Below, piece after piece: positions 40,090 to 49,843 of a DNA stretch of 64,000 bases. The notes beneath the pieces were generated by a model, which saw only the letters and a program-made list of their open reading frames with translations, searched no databases and was not told where the DNA came from. How positions within the stretch are numbered: position 1 is the stretch's first letter; each line of letters begins with the position of its first letter. Position numbers and translations under genes: made by a program. This stretch comes from Myxococcota bacterium (GTDB lineage Bacteria > Myxococcota_A > SURF-8): assembly GCA_965140415.1 (NCBI GenBank), contig OZ223209.1, forward strand, positions 448,001 through 512,000, read 5' to 3'.

Positions 40090-41112
40090 ATGACGATTCG
40101 CTGGATTTCGCTGTTCCTGCTTGCCGCGCTAATGCTTGTACCCGCTGGATTGTACGCGCAAACCGAGGCAGAAGCACTGGCTGCCGATCAGGCGGCGTCC
40201 CCGGAAGCAGAAAGTGGTGCTGAAATTGAAGCCGAGCCGCAAACATCCGCAATCGAACCGGTAAATGACACCGAAACCGACACTACCGAAGCTGAATCAA
40301 GCACCAAAGATCCGGACAAAGTAGAGGCGCAACCGCAAAAGACCGTAAACGACACCGAAACGACCGCAAAAGACACGCAAAATGCGGTACATGATGAAAT
40401 GGAAATCGAAAAAGAGGCCGTCGAAGCCGACACCGAAATACAGCGCGAACAGGCTCAGCAGAACCTCGCCGCTGAAGCCGAAAAAACGGAAATGCCTGTC
40501 GAACCAGAAATGCCTCACGTCAACAAACACGAAGGATTTTTCGTGCGCTTCGGCTTGGGGCTCGGGTTCGGCTATGCGCATGGAATTGGTGAAGCCCGGG
40601 TTCGTCCTTATGAAGACGACTACCGCAGCGACTACTACTATCGCATCGTTCTCGACGATCCGCGCCACGCCGGGTTAACCTCCGGCATGCAACTTGCGCT
40701 GGGGCATAGCCTGAAGGAAAATCTCATCCTGCATTTCGATGCGTCCTTGAACGGTATTCTGTGGGAGAAGAAAGATCCTACCAGCCAGATTTTCCTGTTC
40801 GGGCAGGCAGGAATCGGTGTGACCTATTACTTCATGCCGGATAATGTGTTTGTTTCCGCGTCGTTTGGAGCGGCCTGGATGCTGATGTATCTGGATGATG
40901 AATACAAAGAAAGCCAACGCGCTGACGAAATCGCCGTGGGTCCGGGACTCTCACTGATGGTCGGCAAGGAATGGTGGGTGGCCAAGAATACCGCCGTAGG
41001 CATTGCGTTACAGGCCAATTACAGCTATACGCGCAAAGACCATCCTAGCCGAGAGGATCTGGAATTCCATCAGGTCAGCGGATTGGCGCTGGTAACGGTA
41101 ACTTACAATTAA
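40090..41112 (+). CDS. Outer-membrane beta-barrel protein with acidic N-terminal extension
   Basis: Signal peptide, E/T-rich region, HEGFFVRFGLGLG, GKEWWV, and a terminal beta strand VTVTYN. Confidence 0.75.
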   Translation: MTIRWISLFLLAALMLVPAGLYAQTEAEALAADQAASPEAESGAEIEAEPQTSAIEPVNDTETDTTEAESSTKDPDKVEAQPQKTVNDTETTAKDTQNAVHDEMEIEKEAVEADTEIQREQAQQNLAAEAEKTEMPVEPEMPHVNKHEGFFVRFGLGLGFGYAHGIGEARVRPYEDDYRSDYYYRIVLDDPRHAGLTSGMQLALGHSLKENLILHFDASLNGILWEKKDPTSQIFLFGQAGIGVTYYFMPDNVFVSASFGAAWMLMYLDDEYKESQRADEIAVGPGLSLMVGKEWWVAKNTAVGIALQANYSYTRKDHPSREDLEFHQVSGLALVTVTYN

Positions 41113-41178
41113 TGAATGGTGCGCCGCGTTTTTAAAAAGAGCGCCACGCCATCGAATACATCAGGAAGAGGTGAGAAC

Positions 41179-41814
41179 ATGACTCGTTGGATATTGCTAA
41201 TCGTGCTTTCGATTTCAGTTTATTCCTGCGCCCTGGAAGGCAGCGGCATTTACGGCGTGGAACAGCGCGAGGTGGACCCTTTTAGCGAAGTGGAAGTTGA
41301 AGGCTACGACATGGTTCTCGATCTGACGCTGGCGGATGAATTTTCGGTAAAGATCACCGGCGACGACAACCTGCTGGACGATATCAAGGTCGATGTAGAC
41401 GACGACTGCCTGAAGATCGAACAGAAACGCTGGTTGAGCCCGGATCTGCCTTTGGTGGTCTACGTCGAAACCCCGGCGTTAGACAAGCTGGTCAGTTCCG
41501 GCGATGTCAAGTCCTACCTGCGTGAAATCGAAGCGGAAGAATTGCTGTTGAAAGTTCGCGACGACAGCGAAATCGAAGCAGACGGCAAGATAGAGAATCT
41601 TTCGCTGTTGGCCGAGGATTCCGGCGATCTCGACGCGCATCGCCTGGTTGCCACCGAAGCGCATGTGCGCGCCTGGGATTCGGGCGACGTGCGGGTCTGT
41701 GTTAAAGAAGAGTTGACTATCAACGTCAGCGATAACGGCGATGTCTACTACTACTGCGACCCGCAGGAAGTGCTGGCCGAAACCGAAGATTCCGGCGACG
41801 TTCACAAGCGTTAG
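41179..41814 (+). CDS. DUF2807 (head GIN domain) lipoprotein
   Basis: Lipobox VYSC, GSG...EQREV..F..V, ITGDDNLL and repeated DSGD units. Confidence 0.85.
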   Translation: MTRWILLIVLSISVYSCALEGSGIYGVEQREVDPFSEVEVEGYDMVLDLTLADEFSVKITGDDNLLDDIKVDVDDDCLKIEQKRWLSPDLPLVVYVETPALDKLVSSGDVKSYLREIEAEELLLKVRDDSEIEADGKIENLSLLAEDSGDLDAHRLVATEAHVRAWDSGDVRVCVKEELTINVSDNGDVYYYCDPQEVLAETEDSGDVHKR

Positions 41815-41871
41815 ACTGTTTTAATGACTTTATCAATGCCAACCACGATGTCATTGTCCGCGCAGTCGCGT

Positions 41872-41949
41872 TCGGGCAGATTCTGCCCGACAATTGGATG
41901 TCTACAGTAGATACAGTCCAATGTCGGATTAAATTTTAATCCGACAATC
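41872..41949. repeat. Cluster of short palindromes (TCGG...CCGACAAT)
   Basis: TCGGGCAGA-T-TCTGCCCGA at 41872-41890 and TGTCGGATTAAA-T-TTTAATCCGACA at 41922-41946. Confidence 0.55.
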
Positions 41950-41967
41950 TTCTTATTTTCCGCCCAC

Positions 41968-42000
41968 AAAAAAGCCCTCGGGGATTTCCCCGAGGGCTTC
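41968..42000 (-). terminator. Intrinsic terminator of the porin gene
   Basis: AAGCCCTCGGGG-ATTT-CCCCGAGGGCTT, with an A-tract on + that reads as a U-tract on minus. Confidence 0.85.
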
Positions 42001-42026
42001 GTGTTGCTGCATGAAGCAACTTGAAC

Positions 42027-43634
42027 TTAGAAAGCGTACATGAAGTACACGTGCGAACGATGGTTGACGGCAGAGTAGGTCTTGACGTTCAGAGCGGTCA
42101 GATCGTCTTCCACTACGCTGTCGGCGTATTTGTAATCGGTGGTCATGTACATGTACTGCACGCCAACGGAGAAACCGGAACCGAAGTAGAACTGGCTGTT
42201 CACGTAGATGTTCTGGTTCTTGTAGCGCGTGGCTTCCATCAGTTTGTAGTTGCTGCCATCAGGCAGGGTGTCTTCGTCCGGCTTGTCCATCTGGAAACCG
42301 ACGGTCAACGCCCAGACGTCCCACGGCTGAATCGTGGTTTCCGCCCAGAAGCCCAGACCCTTGACGGCTTCGGGTTTTTCGCCGGTGAGCGACTGCTTGT
42401 TGATGTCCTGGTAGATGCCACCCCAGATCGACTTCAGGTTTTCACCGTAGAAGAATTCACCGTTGATTGCCCACCAGTCCAACAGCGGAACAGACAGTTC
42501 GGCGCAGATGGAGTAACCGCGCATCAGCCAGTCGCGCTTGTTGTAGGCATTGGCGGTGCTGTCCCACAGGTGGCTGCGGACTTTGTAATGCTCCAAGTGA
42601 CCACCGACGCCGACTTTGAAGGGCTTGTTGGTCCACAGGGGGCTTTCGAAGCCGACGTGCCAGGAGAACTGCGGAATGCCGGAGTCTTCGCCGTCGTTTT
42701 TACCGTTGCCGATTTCGCTGCTGCTGATGACGCCGTCTTTGTTGGCGTCGATCATGTCATAGTCCGCACCGTCCACGGTACCCGGACGACCGATACCCAG
42801 ATCGACGTGGAACACGCTGCTTTCGCCGACCTTCGGCTTGAATTTCAACTGCAACTGCGGACGACGGCCACCGACGTTACCGATTGCCCAGCTTCCGCCG
42901 TTGTAATCGATGCGGGGGATCATCGGCGAGAAGAAGTCCCAGGCCTGACCGGCGACGATCTCCATGAAACCCCAGTCCAACGACAGATAGGCCAGGCGGA
43001 AGCGCGGCACCGCGGCCCAGTCTTTCTTGGTGACATCGCCACCGTAGAAATCGATTTCCAGTTTTCCACCCAGATCCGCGTTGAGCATTTCGATCTTGGT
43101 GCCCGCAAATTTCAAGCCCAAGCGAGTCAAACGCGGGTTGATCGTCAATTGGCCGCCGTTTTGCGGATCGACATCCTGCACGCCGATGTTCTTGCCGGTT
43201 TTGTCGAACATCTGACGGGTGAAGGTTTTGTTGGGGTTGATCCACAGCGCCCAGTTACCCAGGTTGCTGCGGCTGGTGTCGTAGTTGATGTCCAGGCGTA
43301 AGAAACCGTAGAACGTCAACTTGTTGCCCAGCGAGGAAAGCACGTTTTCATTTTTCTTTTTCGGGGCCTCTGCCTTGGGCGGCTCGATTTTGACTTCTTC
43401 GGCCTTCGCCGGAGCCGGTTCGACTTTCGCCGGGGCAGGTTCGGCTTTTACCGGAGCGGGTTCCGCTTTCGCCGGGGCCGGTTCTGTTTTTGCTGGAGCC
43501 GGAGCAGGTTCGACGGCGGCTTTTTCCGCAGCGGGTTGCGCGTCGGTTGTGGCCGGAGCTGCATCCTGCGCCATCACGGGCAGGCTGAGCATGAAGAAAA
43601 GAAGAACGACAATTGCACAGGTCATGTTCCGCAT
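42027..43634 (-). CDS. Outer-membrane porin (DcaP-like) with Pro/Ala/Lys-rich N-terminal repeats
   Basis: Signal peptide, EPAPAKA repeats, FYGFLRLD, TRLGL, GKLEIDFYG, RFRLAY...AGQAW and a terminal Phe. Codon usage is strongly biased. Confidence 0.8.
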   Translation of the reverse strand: MRNMTCAIVVLLFFMLSLPVMAQDAAPATTDAQPAAEKAAVEPAPAPAKTEPAPAKAEPAPVKAEPAPAKVEPAPAKAEEVKIEPPKAEAPKKKNENVLSSLGNKLTFYGFLRLDINYDTSRSNLGNWALWINPNKTFTRQMFDKTGKNIGVQDVDPQNGGQLTINPRLTRLGLKFAGTKIEMLNADLGGKLEIDFYGGDVTKKDWAAVPRFRLAYLSLDWGFMEIVAGQAWDFFSPMIPRIDYNGGSWAIGNVGGRRPQLQLKFKPKVGESSVFHVDLGIGRPGTVDGADYDMIDANKDGVISSSEIGNGKNDGEDSGIPQFSWHVGFESPLWTNKPFKVGVGGHLEHYKVRSHLWDSTANAYNKRDWLMRGYSICAELSVPLLDWWAINGEFFYGENLKSIWGGIYQDINKQSLTGEKPEAVKGLGFWAETTIQPWDVWALTVGFQMDKPDEDTLPDGSNYKLMEATRYKNQNIYVNSQFYFGSGFSVGVQYMYMTTDYKYADSVVEDDLTALNVKTYSAVNHRSHVYFMYAF

Positions 43635-44073
43635 AGTGGATTTCTCCCTTCGATTAAGTAAATCATTCTTGCTCTAGTGGTTGACTTGCTCTTTTGTACA
43701 TACGCGATTGCCACAGAGCGTTATCACATCCAGGGCAATGAGGCAACTGAAAATCCGACAATTTTCACAAAATACTAATCGGGGGGTATAGCCAGGATAG
43801 CTAAATAAACGGTATTGTTCCCAAATCTTTTCCCCGAATCGATTTATACACGCTGCGCCATTTTGCGAAATGGCCGGTAGTTAACTGAAATAGCTATAGA
43901 AATTCTTGACAAGCTGCGGCATTGTCGAGTAGATTATACGTGCAGTTGTTACCAATGTGTCGAGTATGTGTCCAGCCGAACAAGAGCCCTGTCCCCGGGC
44001 AGGATCAAGCCAGGTATTCGGTATGGATTCGTGTTGTTGGGGCGCGACAATTAAGGGTTCAATGGAGGAAAAC

Positions 44074-44307
44074 ATGACGCGTGCGTACGTATTAATGGAA
44101 GTGGAACAGAGCAAAGTGCAAAAAGTACTGAATTCCTTGACCAAATTCGATTCGGTGAAAGAATTCGACGCCATTGTGGGGAACTTCGATGTGATTGCGA
44201 TTGTGGAAGGTTTGGATCAGAACGATGTCGGTATGATCTGCGCCAAAGAGCTGGCTAAACTGGAAGGCGTACGCCGCACCGTTACGTATACCGCCGTAAG
44301 TTTCTGA
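44074..44307 (+). CDS. Stand-alone Lrp/AsnC ligand-binding domain protein
   Basis: RAYVLM...IVGNFDVIAIVE...GVRRTVT with a GGAGG RBS. Confidence 0.88.
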   Translation: MTRAYVLMEVEQSKVQKVLNSLTKFDSVKEFDAIVGNFDVIAIVEGLDQNDVGMICAKELAKLEGVRRTVTYTAVSF

Positions 44308-44424
44308 TTTCTCAGGTTAAAAACATATAGAGCAGGATAAGATCCTGACACATCGCTAACATGGCTTTGAAGGGAGAGGGGCATTGTTCCTCTTATGGGG
44401 TAAGGGAACTTCTTCGCTTATAGT

Positions 44425-44537
44425 TAGAGCAGATATTACTCATTGCTGTCCATCGAGTGTGCCACGATCTTCGATCGCGTAAGACGATGGCACAACTTCT
44501 TGGAATCAGTGGCTGAATATGACGAATACCTAGTCTA
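44425..44537. mobile_element. Repeat family B MITE-like element (113 bp, internally deleted)
   Basis: Imperfect terminal inverted repeats TAGAGCAGATATTACTCAT / TAGACTAGGTATTCGTCAT. The interior matches 63338-63518. Confidence 0.65.
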
Positions 44538-45032
44538 AAGCAGGGCCATTGTTGCTGCCGCAATGATAAGACCCAGCGTGCCGCCGACGGAAATATCGTA
44601 TTTATCATGCCTTAGCAGCACCACCCGCGACCAGGCAATCAGCGCCGCAAAGGCCAGCACCGCCGCACCGATGAGCGGATTTCCCAGTTTCAATGCAATC
44701 AACAGCGCGAGATTGAACGAGCGCGCCGAATGAATCGAAGGCATCGAGCCGGAATCGACGTATTTGAAAAAGGCGATGGCGGTTACGGGGTTAAGTAGTT
44801 GATAATACTTTAATCCTTGGATAGGTCGAGGCGGACGGTACCCCTCCGGATTGTCCGGGCGGGGTTTGAAGCGAAAGGCTTTGTACGTGTTGGCGATAAT
44901 GGTAATCACCACAAAATCCGCCAGCATTGCCAGGCCGAAGCTTAGATCCTGGGTCATGGCCGCAATACAGACCACCAAACCGCCCGCTAACGTTCCCCAA
45001 AAACTCACTGCTTTCCAGAAAAATCGAATCAC
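44535..45032 (-). CDS. PAP2-family membrane phosphatase
   Basis: K....RP, SMPSIHS and SRVVLLRH...D motifs. Confidence 0.88.
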   Translation of the reverse strand: MIRFFWKAVSFWGTLAGGLVVCIAAMTQDLSFGLAMLADFVVITIIANTYKAFRFKPRPDNPEGYRPPRPIQGLKYYQLLNPVTAIAFFKYVDSGSMPSIHSARSFNLALLIALKLGNPLIGAAVLAFAALIAWSRVVLLRHDKYDISVGGTLGLIIAAATMALL

Positions 45033-45046
45033 GTTGCTTTTCCTTA

Positions 45047-45961
45047 CTAAACCCGAGGTCGAAAGCCTTCACCGAGTACCTCATGTACTTGAGAAACCAC
45101 AATAAAGGCGTTTTTGTCAATGCGCCGAATGGCTTTTGTGAAATCCGCGATTTCTTTTCGCGTAACCACACAGAAAATCAGTTCCCGTTCTCGATTGGTA
45201 TACAGACCGCGTCCCTTCAATGCAGTGCCGCTGCGGTCCATGTTGTGCAAAATCATATAGGAAATTTCGTTTACCTTGTTGGTGATGATGAATACGCCGC
45301 GCGCGTAATCCATGCCTTCCACAATCATGTCGATCACGGCGGAGGAAATCCACAGGGATAACAGACCGTACATCGCGAGATCCGCGCTGCGGAAAACGAA
45401 ACCGGCCACACCGATAATGCTGCCGTTGATGATCATGATGGCGGTGCCGTGCGTGAAGTTGGTAAAGCGGGCCAGGATGCGCGCCACGGTGCCGCTGCCA
45501 CTGGTTGCGCCGCCCATTTTGATGATCAGTCCCAAGCCGATGCCCATCACCACGCCACCGAAAACCGGCGCCAGGATGGCGTCGTCGATTGTCATGCGCA
45601 AATGCAGCACTTCGTTGGTTATGTCGGTGAAGACGGAGATCATGATGGTGCCGTAGAGACTCTTGAAGCCAAAGCCGCTTCCCAGAAAACGAATTCCTAA
45701 AAGAAAGATCGGGATATTGAACGCCAGCATGACCATACCGGCGGGCCACTCGTACACATGATTTAGGATAACCACGATACCCGAAACGCCGCCCGGTGCG
45801 ATTTTATAGGGTAACATAAACAAGGTGATGGCCGCACCGAAAATCGCGGCACCGATTGTGATGATGATGTATTGCAGCGCCAGTTCACGCGGTGTGCCGT
45901 GAAACAGATTCTGCACGCTGTGACTTTGCCCCCGTCTACCGGCGGGCCTTTCTACGTTCAT
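45047..45961 (-). CDS. YitT family membrane protein
   Basis: IAPGGVSG, FNIPIF, GLGLIIKMGGATSG and the DUF2179-like end IDKNAFIVVS.VHEVLGEGF. Confidence 0.93.
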   Translation of the reverse strand: MNVERPAGRRGQSHSVQNLFHGTPRELALQYIIITIGAAIFGAAITLFMLPYKIAPGGVSGIVVILNHVYEWPAGMVMLAFNIPIFLLGIRFLGSGFGFKSLYGTIMISVFTDITNEVLHLRMTIDDAILAPVFGGVVMGIGLGLIIKMGGATSGSGTVARILARFTNFTHGTAIMIINGSIIGVAGFVFRSADLAMYGLLSLWISSAVIDMIVEGMDYARGVFIITNKVNEISYMILHNMDRSGTALKGRGLYTNRERELIFCVVTRKEIADFTKAIRRIDKNAFIVVSQVHEVLGEGFRPRV

Positions 45962-46827
45962 TCCTCTTTCCCCTTTGCCGGCCACCCCAGCCAGATCAAC
46001 ACAACCAGAAAGAACAGGGTCCAGGGCGCAGATACCAGAACGATGCGCCGCAATAATAAATCCTTAATCAACCGGCGTTCGTTTTCCGGCATGTTCAAGC
46101 ACACGGTGACAGCCCGCTGGCCGCTAAAGGTATTGAAGGCCACCAGCCGCTGCATTGGAGAATCCGATTTGATCTGTTCGGTGTCTGCACCCGTTTGCAC
46201 GCAGGACAAGTCCACCCCGCGCCGCATGGCGAGATTGTTAAAGTCGCGCCTGGAAATCGGGGTTTTAGTCAGCAGCCAGAGTTTGCCTTCGGCCATGGGA
46301 GCGGCCATGGCGACGAATAGCACCGGAGTGTCTTCCGATGCTTCGTGAGGTTTCGTGTTCTGTTGCACAGGAACCGCAACGAAGACCGAGGACGCGCTGC
46401 CCGCCTGCTTGGCGAGTTCCAGACTTTGCAGATCGCGTAACCCGATTTTCGCTTCATCCGGCGTCAAAGTGCGGCAGATGCCGTTGGCATCCAATACGAT
46501 CAGGTTGGGCAGGCCGACTTTCTGGGCCAGTCGATGAGCCAGGTCGACATGCTTTGCCAGCTCTTCGACCTGCACTTCCGTTTGCCTGGAAAGTTCCAAT
46601 AGTTCCGCCTCGGATTGCAGACGCTCCAAGGCTTTTCGATTCGCCTCGGCCAAGCGGGCGACATCCTCCGGATATTGTTTTACCACTTGTTGCAGGGAAG
46701 ACTGCGCCTCGCGCCGCAAGAGTTCTTCCGCCCCGTCGGGCAGCCACAGCAGCAGGATGACGGTCAATCCCACCAATGCGATTATGGCGGCCAGTGTCAG
46801 CCATGTCAGGCGAGTGCGCAGGGTCAC
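45958..46827 (-). CDS. Two-TM protein with periplasmic Cache-like sensor domain and no cytoplasmic output domain
   Basis: N-terminal MTLRTRL plus TM, LIVLDANG, VAMAAP, and a C-terminal TM followed almost at once by the stop. Confidence 0.6.
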   Translation of the reverse strand: MTLRTRLTWLTLAAIIALVGLTVILLLWLPDGAEELLRREAQSSLQQVVKQYPEDVARLAEANRKALERLQSEAELLELSRQTEVQVEELAKHVDLAHRLAQKVGLPNLIVLDANGICRTLTPDEAKIGLRDLQSLELAKQAGSASSVFVAVPVQQNTKPHEASEDTPVLFVAMAAPMAEGKLWLLTKTPISRRDFNNLAMRRGVDLSCVQTGADTEQIKSDSPMQRLVAFNTFSGQRAVTVCLNMPENERRLIKDLLLRRIVLVSAPWTLFFLVVLIWLGWPAKGKEE

Positions 46828-48263
46828 GGCTGTCTCCTATAAAGCGAGGCCAGATCCAACACGCCCCAGACATCAAAGGCAGTGGAACTCCATTTTCGAG
46901 ATTGCCAGAGCATTTGCGGCAGCAGGTGATACAGCACAACGTCTGCTTTGGCGCTGCGATCGTCCGGGAAGTGAAAGGCCGGGCGAATGCTGAGCGTGGC
47001 GGACCAGTCTTTGCCTGCGCGAGCCTGGGCAAGTTGCATAGCTGGCAAGGCGTTGACATGAATCTCGATTCCGGCCTCCGCCGCCTGCAAGGCCACACGC
47101 TGGGCCATGCGTTTCAATTCCGTTTGGTCTTCGCGCACCAACAGCACCAGCGGTTTCTTTCCGCTTTCTTCATAGAGCTTTTTCGCGCGTTTCAGATCCG
47201 GAGAAAAGCCGCTGCAACTCTGCCCCACCGTTTGTCGTATTTTCTGCGACAGGGCTTGCAGCGCCGGATTCTGCGCGATTACAGGTTGTTTGGATGGTGC
47301 CGACTTGCCGGCAAAGGGAGCCGTCCGGCGCGATTCGAACAGCGTTACAAGCGCCTTGCAATCCACCAGCGACCACCAGAAGTCTTGTGAAATCGCCGAT
47401 TTATCCGATGCTGACAGCAGTACTTCGGAGCCCATCGCACCCAGCGTGAGTTGATAGTCGGGGCGGCTTTTCACCCGCCCACCGAAACTGGCCTGCGCCG
47501 AAGCGCTTCGAAGCAGATTGCCTTCCCGTTTTTCATCGGAAGCGACGACGAAGGCGAGTCGATCCATGAAGGGGCGTCCGCTGTGGCAGTCATCAAACGC
47601 AATCAGAGCGGCGCTGTTCGCACTGAAATTGTTCAGACGGAAAGGACCGGTGCCGATTGGCTGCGCGATCAAGTTTTCCTGTTTCGCCTGTCTTTCCGGC
47701 AGGATGGCGGTCGCCGGATCGGAGAGCCAAAGGGGAAAATCCGTTTGTGCACGTGTCAGTCGAATGCGCAATTCCACCGGAGAGACGATCTCGATGCCGT
47801 CCAGTTGTGTCGTGTCTCCTTTGCGAAACGAGTCGCTTCCCGCAATGGCGTGCAGTTGTTGTGCGCTCATATGGCCAAGCGTGGGCGAGAGCAGGCGTTG
47901 CAGGCTGGCTTTGACATCCTCTGCCGTCAGGCGTTGCCCGTCGTGAAATAAAACGTCGGGTTTAAGCCAGAGGTGCAGGCAGCGCCCTTGATCTTCCATT
48001 TGATATCGAAGCACCAGCCGACCGTTGACCTGTTTGCCGTTCGTCGCGAATAGCGGTTCTGTAATCAGAGCCGCGACTTGACGTTCGCCGGGCGTTTCCA
48101 CTAGCGCCGGGTCCAGTGTGGCCAGTGGTTGTGCAAGAATTACGGTTAGTTGTCCACCCGTTGCCGGTGGCAGCGCGGCCTGGGAATGGCCCGACCACAC
48201 TGTCAGCAACAAGCCGCACAGCGCAAAGAATAGCGGCCATACTTGATTCGTTGTTTTTTGCAT
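46824..48263 (-). CDS. Family 5 (peptide/nickel) ABC substrate-binding-like protein
   Basis: GGQL...TLDPA, LKPDVLFHDG..LTAEDVKASLQR and PIGTGPF motifs. Confidence 0.88.
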   Translation of the reverse strand: MQKTTNQVWPLFFALCGLLLTVWSGHSQAALPPATGGQLTVILAQPLATLDPALVETPGERQVAALITEPLFATNGKQVNGRLVLRYQMEDQGRCLHLWLKPDVLFHDGQRLTAEDVKASLQRLLSPTLGHMSAQQLHAIAGSDSFRKGDTTQLDGIEIVSPVELRIRLTRAQTDFPLWLSDPATAILPERQAKQENLIAQPIGTGPFRLNNFSANSAALIAFDDCHSGRPFMDRLAFVVASDEKREGNLLRSASAQASFGGRVKSRPDYQLTLGAMGSEVLLSASDKSAISQDFWWSLVDCKALVTLFESRRTAPFAGKSAPSKQPVIAQNPALQALSQKIRQTVGQSCSGFSPDLKRAKKLYEESGKKPLVLLVREDQTELKRMAQRVALQAAEAGIEIHVNALPAMQLAQARAGKDWSATLSIRPAFHFPDDRSAKADVVLYHLLPQMLWQSRKWSSTAFDVWGVLDLASLYRRQP

Positions 48264-48279
48264 CTTACCCGCCTCCCTG

Positions 48280-49701
48280 CTAACGCCTGTAGCGGTCGAT
48301 GTAGGTTTTATCGCTTCCCTGTACGTAACGCGCAGAAAAGATCAGATCTCCCGCCAAAGAGCGCTGACCGTCCAGCCCGACGATCTCTCCTGGCTGTTTC
48401 TCCTGCTCGCTCTCTTCCTCCGCGCCATCGGCTGTCAACCGCCAGATGATCACGCGATCCCGCGCGGGTTGCACTTCCGCCAACGAGCAGGCCAGTAAAG
48501 GCGAAGGAGAGCCGTCTAACAGCGCCGGATGCTGCCCGCATTGCAGGGCCGCCGAACCGAGCGGAATTCCATGCGCCGTTACGTTTCCGCGTTCGCCTAC
48601 TAGCAGATAATTGCCGTTTGGAAGAAATGCCGCACTGACAAAAGGAGCCGCAACGGTTCGCCCGTGCATGACACCTTCACCGATTTTACTGATATTGATT
48701 TCCGGTGAAAAACGCGCCTGACCGGCTTCGTACTGCCCAAGCGCTGCGCCGCTTTTCGTGCAACCGAGCGGAACGCCAAGAAATTCACCGCGATGGACGA
48801 GTTTTCGCCCGTTCCACTGAAAGATTTGACCGCTGGCCATGTTGTTTCTGCTCAGATAAATCTGGGGCCGGGCTTCACCTTCCATGCGACAGGCCGCCAT
48901 GGAGCCGGTGACATAGCGGGCGCTACGCAGCCGCAAGTCCAGCGAGTCGAGGGCAAAGGCATGGCGGAAAACGAAGTGATTTTCCTCCTGTAGCCAGATT
49001 TCCACACGATCTTCAAATAACAGCGCCACATCCGCCTGACGGTCGTTGTCCAGATCGGTAACGGTTAAATCCAGTGCACGTCCCGAACTGGTGGCGACGG
49101 TGTCCATGCGCCAGGCAATGTGTGACGGCTGAATCTCATCCGCCGATTGCGCCAGAATCGACCACTGCGCCGATTCTTTTACTTCGATTCGGGTGCGTTC
49201 TTCGGGGAAGAGGGGCGGATCTTGCAGCATGGCCGCCCAACTGCGTCCTTCCAGCCAGATGCTTCTGGCGCGCAATAAAAGCCGTCCACCGGTGACGGTT
49301 GCGGAGACATCCAGCACACAGGCAATGCCCAGCCTATCCAGCCGGTCGAGAGTTTCTTCGTTTAAAGAGAGAATGGGAAAGGGGACATCGGCGGGGGTCA
49401 TGACCTGCTTGAAGCGTCCCGATTGCACCAGCGCCCGGCGACCGTCCCGTTGTAACAGCGCCGCCAAAGGCGATTGCGCTACGCCGGTGACATCCGCATA
49501 GAAGAGCAAACGATCCTGCGGGGCCAAAAAAGGCCGGTCGGATCGATCCAACTCGGTTCCCAATTTGGTAAATGCTTCCACTAAAGATGCGGCGGGAGCA
49601 TCGCTCTCCGTTTGAGCCATAGCCGGAAGACTGACAAAAAACAGTGTCACTATTGCCAGCCAAGTAAAAAGATGGATGTCGTTCGTTTTCCACATCGTCA
49701 T
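48280..49701 (-). CDS. Secreted protein with FG-GAP/VCBS-like motif
   Basis: Signal peptide, LTVTDLDNDRQADVALL and a beta-rich C-terminal half. Confidence 0.65.
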   Translation of the reverse strand: MTMWKTNDIHLFTWLAIVTLFFVSLPAMAQTESDAPAASLVEAFTKLGTELDRSDRPFLAPQDRLLFYADVTGVAQSPLAALLQRDGRRALVQSGRFKQVMTPADVPFPILSLNEETLDRLDRLGIACVLDVSATVTGGRLLLRARSIWLEGRSWAAMLQDPPLFPEERTRIEVKESAQWSILAQSADEIQPSHIAWRMDTVATSSGRALDLTVTDLDNDRQADVALLFEDRVEIWLQEENHFVFRHAFALDSLDLRLRSARYVTGSMAACRMEGEARPQIYLSRNNMASGQIFQWNGRKLVHRGEFLGVPLGCTKSGAALGQYEAGQARFSPEINISKIGEGVMHGRTVAAPFVSAAFLPNGNYLLVGERGNVTAHGIPLGSAALQCGQHPALLDGSPSPLLACSLAEVQPARDRVIIWRLTADGAEEESEQEKQPGEIVGLDGQRSLAGDLIFSARYVQGSDKTYIDRYRR

Positions 49702-49843
49702 GGTGGTTCACCCTTTTCGATCCGGTCCCTCATCGCATGATTTGCTGCCGCCGACCGGAAGCCGAACACGTTCTAGTATCATTTATCTATAGATGCAAGT
49801 CTCTTTTCGCAATTTGTATGACACCACGGAAGTGAGCCCTCTT

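Noticed and set aside
42021-43301. 426-aa antisense ORF over the porin
   Set aside because: Shadow ORF. The minus-strand gene has a signal peptide, a terminal Phe and a terminator.
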